A stretch of 64,000 bases of DNA from assembly GCA_951406725.2 (NCBI GenBank), contig OX597837.1:48050001-48114000 (forward strand), read 5' to 3'. Positions 12,555 through 25,597 of this stretch are shown piece by piece. Source of the DNA: Octopus vulgaris. Lineage: Eukaryota. The position numbers were made by a program, and so were the translations under genes. Positions within the stretch are counted from its first letter, which is position 1; every line of letters starts with the position of its first letter. The notes beneath the pieces were generated by a model that saw only the letters and a list, made by a program, of their open reading frames with translations, had not been told where the DNA came from and did not search any database.

Positions 12555-13140
12555 ATCCAAAATGGGTGCATGTTACTCGAACCCAAGCAGATGTGGGCAG
12601 CATTTCAGCAGCACTTCACTCGACTGTTCGCGACGAATAACGGATTGAAATGCAGGATGCACTTCAGTACCAACCTCGATGATTTGCCATGACTCTTGGC
12701 AAGAGAGGCGGATGGGAAGGGCATTTTCGAGATAAACTCGACAGACATGGAAGCACCGTTAATCGAACTTACTCAAGATGCGTCAGGGCGTCAAAACTCT
12801 TCTGTACGCTCTCGTCCATGCCCGAGCATTGCTAACGTGTGGGTTTATGTCGAACATCTGCTATCGCGTATTGGATGGATGCGGCTATCGGTTGTCTGTT
12901 GTGAAGATCGTCCCGCCGCCTTCCTTCGACCAGGAAGGGCAGGCAGTGTTTATCTCTGGTGGACTTAGCGAAAGAAATAGTGCGGTGGATTGAAAGGGTT
13001 GCAGACAGATAGTTTATTCTTTGGTCAAAACTCATCAACTTTTTCGAGTTTCACTTGAAAAGAAAGTGTGGGTGGAGAGGGAAATTCTGCCTTTCAGCAA
13101 TTTTGTTGAAAGGAGGTGAATGTGACAAGAGTGGTCCAAG
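12555..13140 (+). mobile_element. Decayed, internally deleted Tx1/L1-group LINE fragment
   Basis: AAFQQHFTRLF (shared with about 33790), a zinc-knuckle-like TLLYALVH..PS segment, KIVPPPSF, and a C-terminal NFFEFHLKRK..VEREIL segment. Confidence 0.65.
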
Positions 13141-14150
13141 TGAGTGGGTCTACTCTAAGCATGCGCCTGTTGATTGAAGGATGATGATGAAGAGAGGGCA
13201 CGTGCTCCACGTGGTTGTGTGAGCTTTTGTTTTTGCCCCATAACTGAGTTCGGCCCTCAGCGCCAAGGGTGTACGCAATGATTTGCTTTGCTTTGTTGGT
13301 GAATTTCTATTGTAAAACGAGTACACTGTCCGATGGGGACAATGTTCCTGTATTTGAGGAAATGCTGGAGTTCCGCTTTATGTCTTGGTTTACACTTTAG
13401 AAATAGTAAAGAAATGCAAGCGACGAAAAGGATTGAAAAACGTTGAATATGTTTGTGTAACATAAAAATATATTTTAATTCGAATATATTTCTCCTTGGA
13501 ACACCAAATTAGATTTATTAATACACATTCACGGTTCATGAACTTTACTTGTCCACAGAAATCGAATGTGAATAAAGCATCGCCTGTTCTGTACTGTCTT
13601 TTTTTCTTTTCTTTTTTTTTTGATTTTGCTAACATCCATTTCCCGTCAGTTGTCTGTAGATGAACAGACACTCATTTCAGTGAACAGTTCATGAATAGTT
13701 CACAACGGGATCAAGTAGTTTATTTTAAAACATTAAATCAGTGTGAGAGTGAAAACCTCAAATCTGTGGGACGTATTTACTTGATATTTATCACTCTATA
13801 ACTTCATCGGATTTTTACTTTACCGACCTTCGGGAAGAATTGGAAACAATGTCGACCTCGGCTAGGTTTGAACTTTAAATGTAAAGGTCGCTACTAAGTT
13901 ATAGGCACTTTACTGATTCTGCCAATTCCTCTCCTTCGCGAAAATATTTGTAAAAACTGTAATATTGAAATGAACTAAGTATTATTGCCTTTCTGAAGTT
14001 CTTCGAGCGATTTACTCCGGTTCTGTTTGGGTTTGATAATACCAGGGGTTTTAGTGTCCACATCAGATTGGAGCCAAATAGTTGAGACATCAGCCACATT
14101 GAGTGGGGGAACATAATGCGTTTGTTCATGTTAGTTAAAACATAAATAAG

Positions 14151-14215
<65 letters not shown>

Positions 14216-15072
14216 GTACGCACATTGTAATTACTCCCTTGGTGCTAATCACTTATAAATACCCATAGTTCCCTGCTATCTTCTTCCTCAAATCACCATG
14301 TTAGTACCAGCAAAAAAAAAAAAATATGTATTTGAATTTTTCTTGTTATATTTCACATTTAAACACAGACATTTTTATTCTGATGTTTAATCTTATATCT
14401 CACATTCTGTATTTGACATATACTTGGGTTTACATGATTGATATATATAGTAATTCATATTTATAATGTATAATTTATAAATTTTAATTCTTAATATCTC
14501 AAAGTATAATTTTTATTCTTAACTTTTAATTCGTAATTTTTAATCTTTAATGCTTAATTGTATTGCTTATTTTTAAACGGATGTAAAATTAGATATAGAA
14601 CGTTTTGTTTTGGTGTCTCGCAATGCCATATACGCCTATGAGGATTTACCTTCCCAATGAAACTCGTTTTTTTCCCAAACTTTTTCACAAACCTGCTATA
14701 ATGTTATACATGTCTTTGGTGTGGTAATTGTACGCGGCTGAAGAAGGCTCTTGACCTACATGTTATATCAATTATGCATTGATATAAATCGTTCAATAAA
14801 GCCAGAAACATATGTACCGCAAAATCCTTTGCATCCTGTTTTTCTTCTGATACATATATCCTATCACCTATACCACTAGCTGGCATATACAGGTGCTTAC
14901 AGTTATCAAGTATTCACCCTGAACTTTTTGTATATATATATATATATATAGGTATACAGTTATGTATATGTATATATATTGTAATCTTCCAATACTGAAA
15001 CACGTGTAGTTCCTTCATATTTAATAAATGTAAGTATTAACTAAAGTAGGATATAATTAACGAAGTATAATA

Positions 15073-15213
15073 TTAGGTTGTCCCAAAAGTTAGTAAACAC
15101 TTGCGAAAATTGAATTTTTACTCGCCAAGTACTAACAAAAACAACAAAAATTATTCCTCAAAATAAAGACCATTATTTTCCAAGACTTTCTACGAACTTT
15201 TGGGACAACCTTA
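15073..15213. mobile_element. Mariner-derived MITE
   Basis: TIRs TTAGGTTGTCCCAAAAGTT and AACTTTTGGGACAACCTTA, with TA on both flanks. The minus strand keeps the transposase end KVLENNGLYFEE*. Confidence 0.8.
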
Positions 15214-15511
15214 TATTATATACCCTGCTGGTAATTTTGGTTATATCCTTTAAATATTATTTCGTGATGTGCAAACTGATACCATGAGTTTACTGTCAGA
15301 TATAATCATTAGATTATTTTTGTATTATCTGAATTAGAATACCCGCATATTGATTAATCCCCAAAAATTGAATATTGACTTTTATCAGATATTTTGTATA
15401 TTTGTAGATAAATATATAAATATACGATAAATAAGACCCCAAAGTACGATATGTAGATGCATATAATGCTGATGGATTACACCTGATTGATTTGGAAATT
15501 TGTTTTCCCTA

Positions 15512-15553
<42 letters not shown>

Positions 15554-16161
15554 AATTTACACACACACAGAGGCACACCATTTGCAGATATATTCTGTGC
15601 TACGGATCTGTGGGAAATGTCTGTAACATTAAGCTGCTAGATCTGAAAATACGAAATTCCAACCAAATCCATTAATCTCTTCTCCTCTTTCTCCCTCACT
15701 GCCTCTCTCTCTCTCACGCGCGCGCGCGATATCCAGATTTGTGTGCAGGAATCAAGGGAGAACATTTGTGGCCCCTTGCAGCTCACTGTTCATCGCGACT
15801 AGATGCAGACGCTTGGCACTTCTCACTTGTAATGATGATGATGATGATGATGATGATAAGGAGGAGGAGGGGGAGGAGGATTTTTTTTTTTACTTGTCAC
15901 AGAAGCTTCCGATGAGAGGGACGTTACCGGGTAGTTGCAATGTGCGTGAGTGTTTACATAAAAGCAGTGAGGTGAAACGAAGGGACGAGAAGAAAGCCTA
16001 ACAATGCGCAAAAGTAGACAAAGTGAATGTACAGATGATGCGCTCCTCCGGATAGAGGAGAACCTTTAACCAGAGCCAGTCAAGGAATTTCACAGATCCA
16101 GGTTACCACGTAACCAAGTCACACTCACTTCTTAGTGACGGAGAGGCTTGTGTGTATATAT

Positions 16162-16451
16162 ATCACCGTGACCGACCAGGCTATCAGATGTTGCTACACA
16201 TCGCTGGTCGCATTGTTTTAGCCTTCAAATGACGCCACCCCGCTGGCTAAGCGAGCAGGCCAACAGAAGAAAGAGTGAGAGAAAGTTGTGGAGAAAGAGT
16301 ACAGCAGGGTTCGCCACCACCCCCTGCCGGAGCCTCGTGGAGCTTTAGGTGTTTTCGCTCAATAAACACTCACAACGCCCGGTTTGGGAATCGAAACTGC
16401 GATCCTACTACGGCGAGTCCGCTGCCCTAACCACTGGGCCATTGCGCCTCC
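16162..16451 (-). mobile_element. tRNA-derived SINE (OR1-like)
   Basis: The reverse complement starts GGAGGCGCAATGGCCCAGTGGTTAGGGCAGCGGACTCG..GTTTCGATTCCC, with clear A and B boxes. Confidence 0.8.
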
Positions 16452-16452
16452 A

Positions 16453-16493
<41 letters not shown>

Positions 16494-16851
16494 ATCACAT
16501 GTATGTATGTAATGTATGTACGTATGTATGCACGTATGTATGTGTGAGTGTGCGTGTATGTGTGTGTTTTATCTTTTATCGGAACCTCGAATATAAAGTG
16601 CGATATTACGCTTCATATTCGACGCTCCGAAGAAGCTCAAATGTGTTACTCAGGCAACCAGCTATGAGTTCACTGCATCTTACAGCAGAAACAACTGTAA
16701 GCTAATGAAGTTCATAAAATAATCGTTCATTCCTTCGTCTTTTTATTTATTTTCTTTTTTTACCGCTCTGTACTTGACTAACTTTTCATTCCGAAACACG
16801 TATCTTGAGTTCTACACCAAATCATTTGTCTCGAAATGTCTAGGCGAATTA

Positions 16852-16900
<49 letters not shown>

Positions 16901-16901
<1 letters not shown>

Positions 16902-17838
16902 CGTATATACTCGTGTAAAAGTCGAATTTTTAGACCATGTTTTAATGTCAAAGTTATGGGGTCGACTATTGCATGGATACTACTATTGAAGGGCTGAAAT
17001 TCAAGCTAGAATCTGAAGTACCGTATCAACAGCAGAAGCCCAACTGATCTCTAATGAATTCCAGGAATATTACCAATTCTGTGCCTCAAAGCACTCGCCC
17101 TAGTAAATAGCAAAACCTATGGACAAGACCGCGTAGCTCTTGTAAATAGTTACACTTTCTCTTTAAAAAAGTTGCAGGATGTCGTGTGCAGTGGTGTTTG
17201 CCAGTGTTCACCAATAGTGTTGTCTGTGAAACATGGTTCTCACCATGTAAAATGACGAGCGTATGACGTATGTGATTATTGTACTTGGAGATGAGGAAAA
17301 TAGTCGCATGAGAACCACTGATCTACCGATTAAATGGATGTCTTTAGGTATACCAAAACATCCAATTTTAGGTATGCCTTTGTACGAATTCAGACAGTGG
17401 CGTTTGTCAGTGTTCGCCAATAGTGCTGTCTGTGAAACAGGTTTCTCACCATGTAAACAACGAGTGTATGACACATGTGTTTGTTGTGCTTCGAGATGTA
17501 TGTAGTCTTGCAGCATACATTTTAGTAATGGTGATGTAGCACCCATCAACAGATGGGTAGTGCTCACTAGTAAATGGTGTTTTACTATAAGCACCAAGCA
17601 TTCCATTATAAGCATCAAGCATTCCACTTATAGAGCAAGCTACAGTAAGGTAGCCACACAGTTTTGTAACAGTGTTATTTCTACGTACAGGATAATACGG
17701 TACCTTGACCCACAAATGTCGTCCTGTTTTTCATAAAAGACAAGGGTCAGCTTTTATTCGGGGTCTATGGAAACTTCCCAATTTTTTGGCCAAAAATTAG
17801 GGGTCGACTTTTACATGAGATCAACTCTAGTATATACG

Positions 17839-17839
<1 letters not shown>
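16901..17839. mobile_element. Non-autonomous Tc2/pogo-type DNA transposon
   Basis: Termini (A)CGTATATACTCG and CTAGTATATACGG, subterminal GGGGTCGACT repeats, and an internal tandem duplication with about 205 bp period (17189-17300 and 17395-17505). Confidence 0.65.
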
Positions 17840-17905
<66 letters not shown>

Positions 17906-18242
17906 GAGAGAGAGAGAGAGAGTATAGATATATTGTGAATTTATCTGCTTTTAAAATGATGGACTTTTATATAAAGTAAAATTTAGTGGCGATTGCGAAA
18001 TAGTGTCATCGTCGCCATTATTGTTGTAGTTAGTAGTAGTGGTGGTGGTGGTGGTGGTGGCAGCGTTTGCAATAATAATGGTGATAGTGGTAGCGATGGT
18101 ATTATAAGGTACTTGTGGTGATAATGAATGTGTAAGTGGTGGGGAGGGTGATGTTGGAGCAAAGTTTGACGTAGATTTTCATGAAAATTGCAGTTTTCAC
18201 GAAATATATATATATCTATTCAATGCGCGCGCGTGTGTATGT

Positions 18243-18284
<42 letters not shown>

Positions 18285-18641
18285 CAGAATGCAAAAACTC
18301 ACACATCATTTATTTCACTCGTCAGTAATCACTGATTTGGCTTCCCCCTGGGGCCATTTAATTTTTGTAGTTTTTTTTAATGTTATTTCCAGATTTTATC
18401 TAACATTTTCTTTTCATATTTTCGCCCTTCAGCTTTTTCTTTCCCATTCAAATCATTTTTATTTACAGCCTCTGGTCGTTTCTATTTACCGACTTACCTA
18501 CACATAGCACCCTAATTCTCCCTCTTTCCTAATTCACTCATCACTCACTCCGCCTCCAGCGTTTGTGTGTGTGTGTGTGTGTATATGTATATTTATTTAC
18601 GCATTGGTATATATGTATACATATGCGTATACATAAGTGTG

Positions 18642-18673
<32 letters not shown>

Positions 18674-18915
18674 TATGTGTGTGTATATATATATATATAC
18701 GTGTGTGTGTAGGTATACAACAAACACTCACATACACACACACACACATTCTATCAGTAAATCTCTAAAAAAATCCGTTTGCTTTATTCGTGTTGCCTCA
18801 ACTTTATAAAACTAATCCTGTTGCTGCAGGGTTGTTATGTGTGTGTGTGAGTACGCGTATGAGTGTGTGTGTGTGTTTATAAATGCATGTATGTATATCT
18901 GTATTTCCATACACG

Positions 18916-18971
<56 letters not shown>

Positions 18972-18981
18972 CACACGAAAT

Positions 18982-19187
18982 GGGTGCTGAAAAGTTCTTG
19001 GCTTTGAGTAAAAGAAAACACAGGAGGATCAGTTAATTATGATTTTATTCAACATATTCCACTCTCAGCTTCACACACTTATTGCATCAGTCCTCCAGCT
19101 TCTCTAAGCTCTGTCAAAAAAGTCGGAAGGTTGGGCGTCCAGCCAGGCCTTTCGCGAAACTCTTAAAGCTAGGAATTTTTAGCACCC
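18982..19187. mobile_element. Mariner-derived MITE
   Basis: TIRs GGGTGCTGAAAAGTTCTTGGCTTT and AAAGCTAGGAATTTTTAGCACCC. The minus strand keeps the transposase end KCVKLRVEYVE*. Confidence 0.78.
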
Positions 19188-19277
19188 TATATAGGGTACA
19201 AGGGGTTAGCGCGGAAATAAAAACCTTATAGGTGAATAATACAAATATTATAATAATTATATACATAATTATATGCA

Positions 19278-19312
<35 letters not shown>

Positions 19313-19549
19313 GCGCGTGTGACTATGTTTCTCCCCTCCACACACACACATTGCTTGACAACCGGTGTTGATATGTTTACATCCTCGTAACTTAACGGTT
19401 GGACAAAAGGGACCAATAGAGTAAGTACCAGGCTTAAAAAAATAAAAAAATATTCTTCAACGTGCTCCAGCATGGCCGGAGTCGACTGAAACAAGTAAAA
19501 GAATAACTATAGATATACATACTCACGCACATACACATACCGCTTTCAT

Positions 19550-19672
19550 CAGGTAAATACAAGTAAGAATTAACAATTACGACTTCTCAAGAAAAAGGGC
19601 GCAGTGTCAGATGGCTCGACTAACCCAAATTCTTGACAAGTTCTAATTGTCAATTCTTACCTGTATTCACCT
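19550..19672. mobile_element. Small MITE-like inverted repeat
   Basis: Arms of about 43 bp: AGGTAAATACAAGTAAGAATTAACAATTACGACTTCTCAAGAA versus the reverse complement of 19629-19671, AGGTGAATACAGGTAAGAATTGACAATTAGAACTTGTCAAGAA. Confidence 0.6.
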
Positions 19673-20085
19673 TATTGTTGTTGTTGTTTTTTTTTTTGGG
19701 GGGGGGGTGCATGACATAACAGTTCTGTTCATCAATGAAAACACGTGTGAAACAGCTGTAGTGAACCACAACCCCTCTGTTGTTATCGCTTATTCTTTAC
19801 CTAACTCGGAATCTTCGATACGTTTGGATCTGGGGTCTATAGACGACGGTGCAATAGATGCAGTGAGTGCAGCCATGTGTGACGTTGATGACACGTCGTG
19901 TATTCAGTTAGTCACTTGTAAATGCAGGTGCATAACGGGGAGAACAAATCCGTCTTTACTTTGTTGTATCCGTAGATGGTGTCATTCATTGTTTGTACAG
20001 AGTCGCACTATCGCCGACCTGACATCGGTGCTTTCACAAATACCCGGTTCTCTCGGATTCTGGAAATATATATATATATATACAT

Positions 20086-20290
20086 ATATGATGGTTGTCT
20101 AGTCCTTCTGCAGAGTTTGACCACCTCTTGTACTAAACCTTGGATCCATCATGGCGCCTGGTTTGGATTTTTAAACCAGACAATGCACTGATAAGACACC
20201 CACAAAGTTCGCAAATCTGATTTGGACCGCCGAAGGTTGCAGTTAAGTTCTGATCTTTGAGGCCTCCGTTAGATTTGCAAACCTTCTGGC
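20086..20290 (-). mobile_element. RTE-like LINE 3' end with two C2H2-like zinc finger remnants
   Basis: FKCSECQKVCKSNGGLK..ICELCG..LSGLK..RRH, then stop, a short 3' UTR and a (TA)n-rich tail. Confidence 0.6.
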
Positions 20291-20325
20291 ATTCACTGCA
20301 TTTAAAGGTGCGCGCACACACACAC

Positions 20326-20358
<33 letters not shown>

Positions 20359-20371
20359 CATATATATATAC

Positions 20372-20402
<31 letters not shown>

Positions 20403-21356
20403 TGTATGTAGTCTGCCCATTTGTCTCTTCGTTTTTGCCTCTGTTTCCGTCAACACCACTCCTCCTCCTTCCACCCTATTTCCGACTGTCAAACTCCAAA
20501 ATTTGACAAGAAAATATAAAAGCCCAAAGTAACGTAGAAATAGAAGAAACCGTTTCCGCCAGATTCTGAAATTAAACAGATCGCCATTGGCTACAATAGT
20601 TCTCCTCTGTCTGTCTGTCGTTCTACAAAGATAGACTCTGTGTGTGCACGCGTGCTTGTGTGTGTGTGTGTGTGTGTAAGGGAGAGAAAAGGACAGAGAG
20701 AAACAGTAAGAGGATGCATGACTGAATCTGAGTGTTTCGACCCCGATACCTTTTTCATTTAACTCGTTAAGAAGCATTTGTATGGGACAATGTGGTACTT
20801 CGGTGTATCTTAAGTGCTCAATGAAATTGTAAATCAATGATTATTTGTTTTGAAATGAAACAGCTACAATAAAATAATTTACAAGAACAATATGATCACC
20901 GCTACCACCAACAATGATATCCTCATCGCCATCGTCACCATCGTCATCAATACAGCCAGCTTCCCCACCACCACCATCACCAATACAACTTTTGAATAAT
21001 TTTATCTGGCAACAGCAATAATAATATCAGCATAATAGTAATGTCTGTAGCTACATATGTTACATGTCAACGTAGCGGAGGTAGTGTGGTAAAAGAGTTT
21101 TTATGATTCGAGTTAGAAGAGCAGGGTACGAAGTGCTCGTGAACTTGGTGACTCTTCAGTTAACTGTAATCATACGGAACTCCTTTCCACCTCACTCCCT
21201 CGAATTCACTGCTTCTCGCTTCCATCCTTACATCCTTTGGAAGAATACAAGATTTTGCTTTTAAAAAGCATTTCTTTCTTGGTGCTTTTTTAAACTTCAT
21301 ATTTGCTATGGATAATTGTTGATCGCCGGCGCTACTGTATTTACCGCCATTTTAAG

Positions 21357-22024
21357 ATGTGTGGAAAGAAACCATCAAGTAGAACTGAAGCGAGAGGTGT
21401 GAGAAGGAACTGTAAAAAGATTACACTGGATACTAAACTTGATGTTTTAGCAAGGCTTCGTGCGGGGGAAAGAAATCAGCCGTATTACCAAGAGATTAAA
21501 ACTTGCAACATCTACAGTGAAAACAGCCTAGCAATGGAGAAATGGAGAGAAAACTATTTGAATTTTGTTTTCATAAGTCTAATGTGATATTTAAGATGAG
21601 CCGGTTCTTGAGTTTATGGATTGACAAGTTTTCCATAAGCAGAAAGTCTACATCAAATTAGGAAAGATATAGAAACGCTTACAGGTTCGAAGAAGTCATA
21701 GTGAAAAATGTGGTTGAGTTGCTAGTGTCTCGTTGAGAAAGCTTATCTAACGAGAAACTGATGTTGTTAGAGCAACAGCAAACTGAGGATAGGGAAATTC
21801 CAACAACTCCACTTCAGTTGACAATAAAAAATTTTTTATCAAAGAGTTGGCACTTAGAGAGGAAAATTTACAAGATTTCATTGATAAAAACTCTAATCAT
21901 GAACAGAACAATAATAACAATGGGATTTTACAATGAGTTCAGTTCCTACATTGAGCTGTACAAAGAGATGGATAAGTTGTTCGCCCCTCAAATAGATGTT
22001 GATGTTGATGATGATGAACTATAA
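21357..22024 (+). pseudogene. Tigger/pogo (CENP-B-like) transposase remnant
   Basis: N-terminal RRNCKKITLDTKLDVLARLRAGER (CENP-B-type HTH) and a C-terminal acidic segment (VVELLVS..ESLSNEKLMLLEQ). The middle is deleted. Confidence 0.6.
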
Positions 22025-22350
22025 GAGTCTTTCATCATTCTAAAAGCCCTCATCCTGTCACCATTATCCTGTCACAATAATCAACATGTTAGCAGTCTTA
22101 TCTGAAATTTCACTTCAAATGTTTTTTTATGTCTAGAAATTGTTCTGTGTATATTTAGAAATCGTTTTCATACAAGTGGTCGGTTTTTTCTTTTCTTTTC
22201 TTTTTTTTGATGTTTTTGGAAATATCGGTAGAAACGTATCATCACTTACAAGAAAATCAATGGAAAAATTGTTTTCGCGTTACAGCAAGTTTTCAGGGAT
22301 TTCTTCCGTAACGCCAAGCATTCTTGCATGCATGTATGTATGTGTGTGTG

Positions 22351-22442
<92 letters not shown>

Positions 22443-23199
22443 CATATATATATATGTTTGTATATATACATGTATACTTATATGTGTGTGTGTGTGCGCG
22501 CACACACACACACACCCTATGTAATATTAAACATGGGTCGCCATATTGAGGAGCCGAAATTTTTGCCTTTGGATGTTTGATTCCATAATAGGATTTTTTC
22601 GTTAAATACCTTTTCTACGTCTGCCTTTGATGTTTTGTAGGGTCCAGTGTGGTCGTTTGTCAGCAGGGGCGCCGGGGAGGAGAGACAGATCGTATTTTGT
22701 TCAATAACAGAGTGCATAATTGTAAAGGCGATGGTTGTGTGAATGGTAGTGGAGATGTAGCAGGGTGGTAGCCGTCATCCTGGAGATAATCTGGATGATG
22801 ATGATGATGATGGTGGTGGTGGTTGTTGTTGTTGTGATGATGGTGGTGGTGATGCCGATGGCAGAGGCGGTAGTAGCGGGGGGAGGCGGAGGCGGTGATA
22901 CGCAGCAGAACTATTTCAAAACCCACCAACAGCCTTTGCTTAACATGACAAGACATCTTTCTGTGGTGATGGCCGTTGCTTGCTGTAACCCCAGGGGTAA
23001 GAAGTTCAGTCTCTTGTCACTCATTCGGCTTAGCTTCTATAATCTGTTTGGATTTGGAATAGCATGTGAGTGTTGTTGTTATTGTTGTTGTTGTTTGTGG
23101 AGACGACGGTGACGGCGGCGGGTGTGGTAGCTTACTGTTAGTAAAGAAGATGGACTTCAGTCTATCTTCATGTGTGTATGTGTGTGCATATACATATGC

Positions 23200-23243
<44 letters not shown>

Positions 23244-23260
23244 TATGCGTGTGCGTGTGC

Positions 23261-23304
<44 letters not shown>

Positions 23305-23395
23305 GTATATATATATGAAAAACAAGAACGAAAATGCTATTTTCTTAAAATTGGGTATATTTTAATTTTCCTTTGTATAAATACATACATACACA

Positions 23396-23557
23396 CGACG
23401 GGCTTCTTTCAGTTTCCGTCTATCAAATCCACTCACAAGGCTTTGGTCTGCCCGAGGCTATAGTAGAAGACACTTGCCCAAGGTGCCACACAGTGGGACT
23501 GAAATCAGAACCATGTGGTTAGGAAGCAGGCTACTTACCACACAGCCACGCCTGCGC
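23396..23557 (-). mobile_element. tRNA-derived CORE-type SINE head (OR2-like)
   Basis: TGGCTGTGTGGTAAG..TTCAGTCCCACTG..GGCACCTTGGGCAAGTGTCTTC (CORE-like). Relatives lie at about 4478-4820(-), 45621-45756(+) and 53508-53665(-), with a tail part at 19330-19502(+). Confidence 0.8.
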
Positions 23558-23744
23558 ATGTATGTTTGGGTTTGATCCACACCGCTTGACATTCGGAGTT
23601 AGTTTGTTTACGTTGCCGTAACTCAGCGTTTTGGTAAATTGGCAAGAGTCCAGTATAAGCAGCAGACATTGAAAAGAAGAACTCAGTTCAAGGCACCAGC
23701 ATCGACTGAAACTAGTTTAAGAATAAAGAAACTACATACATACA

Positions 23745-23815
<71 letters not shown>

Positions 23816-23899
23816 GTATGTATGTATGTATGTATGTGTGTGTGTGTGTGTGTATGTATATATATACATACATACGTATAATTTACACACACACATGCA

Positions 23900-23933
<34 letters not shown>

Positions 23934-23942
23934 CATATACAT

Positions 23943-24310
23943 GCTAGCAGGCATACCGGCGTTGCTCGGGATTAAGATTAAGTAGCTTATTTGGTGAGTC
24001 GCGAAATCCTCCATTTGTGATATTTCATTGTTCCTTGGTGGTAATTTCTCCCTTGCAAATATATGTGGTCGCCGTCTGTTTCATATGGGAAAAACAATGA
24101 ATACATCAAAGGATCGATGTAACTCTGAAATTCTCAATCCACCTTGTTTCAACTGAAGGACAATCTCTCTATTTTCTTTCGGTTCATTTGTTGCCTGAAG
24201 ATCGCGTGCAACCACGGGCAAAACTCAGAAAATAACTCCACTAAAATAATATATATTATCAATATCTAGAATGCTACTGAGTACTCTGTTTTCCGATAGT
24301 TAACACTAAA
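23943..24310 (+). mobile_element. Possible non-autonomous Helitron/Helentron (DINE-1-like) fragment
   Basis: Begins GCTAGCAGGCATACCGGCGTTGCTCGGGA, a typical start for this class. DINE-like 3' ends occur at about 4230-4320 and 6130-6220. Recognised by pattern only. Confidence 0.4.
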
Positions 24311-24313
24311 CAG

Positions 24314-24715
<402 letters not shown>

Positions 24716-25070
24716 GTTATAAAATGAGATAGGGGTTGAAAATTCAACCCACCATGGGATAATATATATCCAATATACTGCTAGATAGGTACCCAACAAA
24801 ATTAATACATAGATGTTAAAAATTGTCAAGCAATCAGTTCATCTATTGTATTAAATGGGTAAAGGTAATAATATTACCGTAAATTAATACTACAAAATTA
24901 GAGAATGGAGAAACATACTTAAATCAGTAAAACATCAACTATCCGATGATACTCAATCCATACTTTAATACACCATTACATATGAGTAAAGGCAATATAT
25001 AAAATGAAATGAGATATACAGTAATAGTAAAAAGATAAAGAGATATAAGTAAAAAATTTCAAATATAATA

Positions 25071-25210
25071 TGCAAATAAATCAAAACTGACAGCTGTTTC
25101 GGCAGTGAGGACAGTCATACCTCATTTAACCTATAAGCCATAAAGGCAGGTATAAATGAGGCATTAACAAGGATGCCCCACGGCCTCTTCAGAGAATTAA
25201 ATTAAATTTG
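25071..25210 (-). ncRNA. Type I hammerhead ribozyme with extended stem II and palindromic minimal stem III
   Basis: Minus strand reads CUGAAGA (25192-25186), stem II GGCCGUGGGG...CCUCACUGCC, GAAA (25100-25097), CAGCUG, UC. Predicted cleavage is after GUC, between 25089 and 25088. Stem I is imperfect. Confidence 0.8.
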
Positions 25211-25533
25211 TTATAATAGTGAAAAATATTATATAATCATATACATATAAATATAAAAATATAAAAATGTAAAATATAAAAACTTATACATCATAATGCT
25301 ACACTTATATAATATAATACACATTTGTACAAAAAGGAAGGTAAACAGAACAAAATAAAACAAAATATATAACAGTGTATATATTAATATTAATAAGTAC
25401 CTATATTATACATATTTGGCTAATAGTTTTTTTTATAAAAAAAAGGCTAACACATATGGAGATGAAAAATAATAATTAAATCCGTGGTACAGTTCATAAA
25501 ATTCTAAAGCTATAAAAGTTAATAAAAATTACT

Positions 25534-25597
<64 letters not shown>

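Noticed and set aside
22658-22676. CTCF-like motif TCAGCAGGGGCGCC
   Set aside because: It is one base short of consensus spacing, and a single weak match is not supportable.
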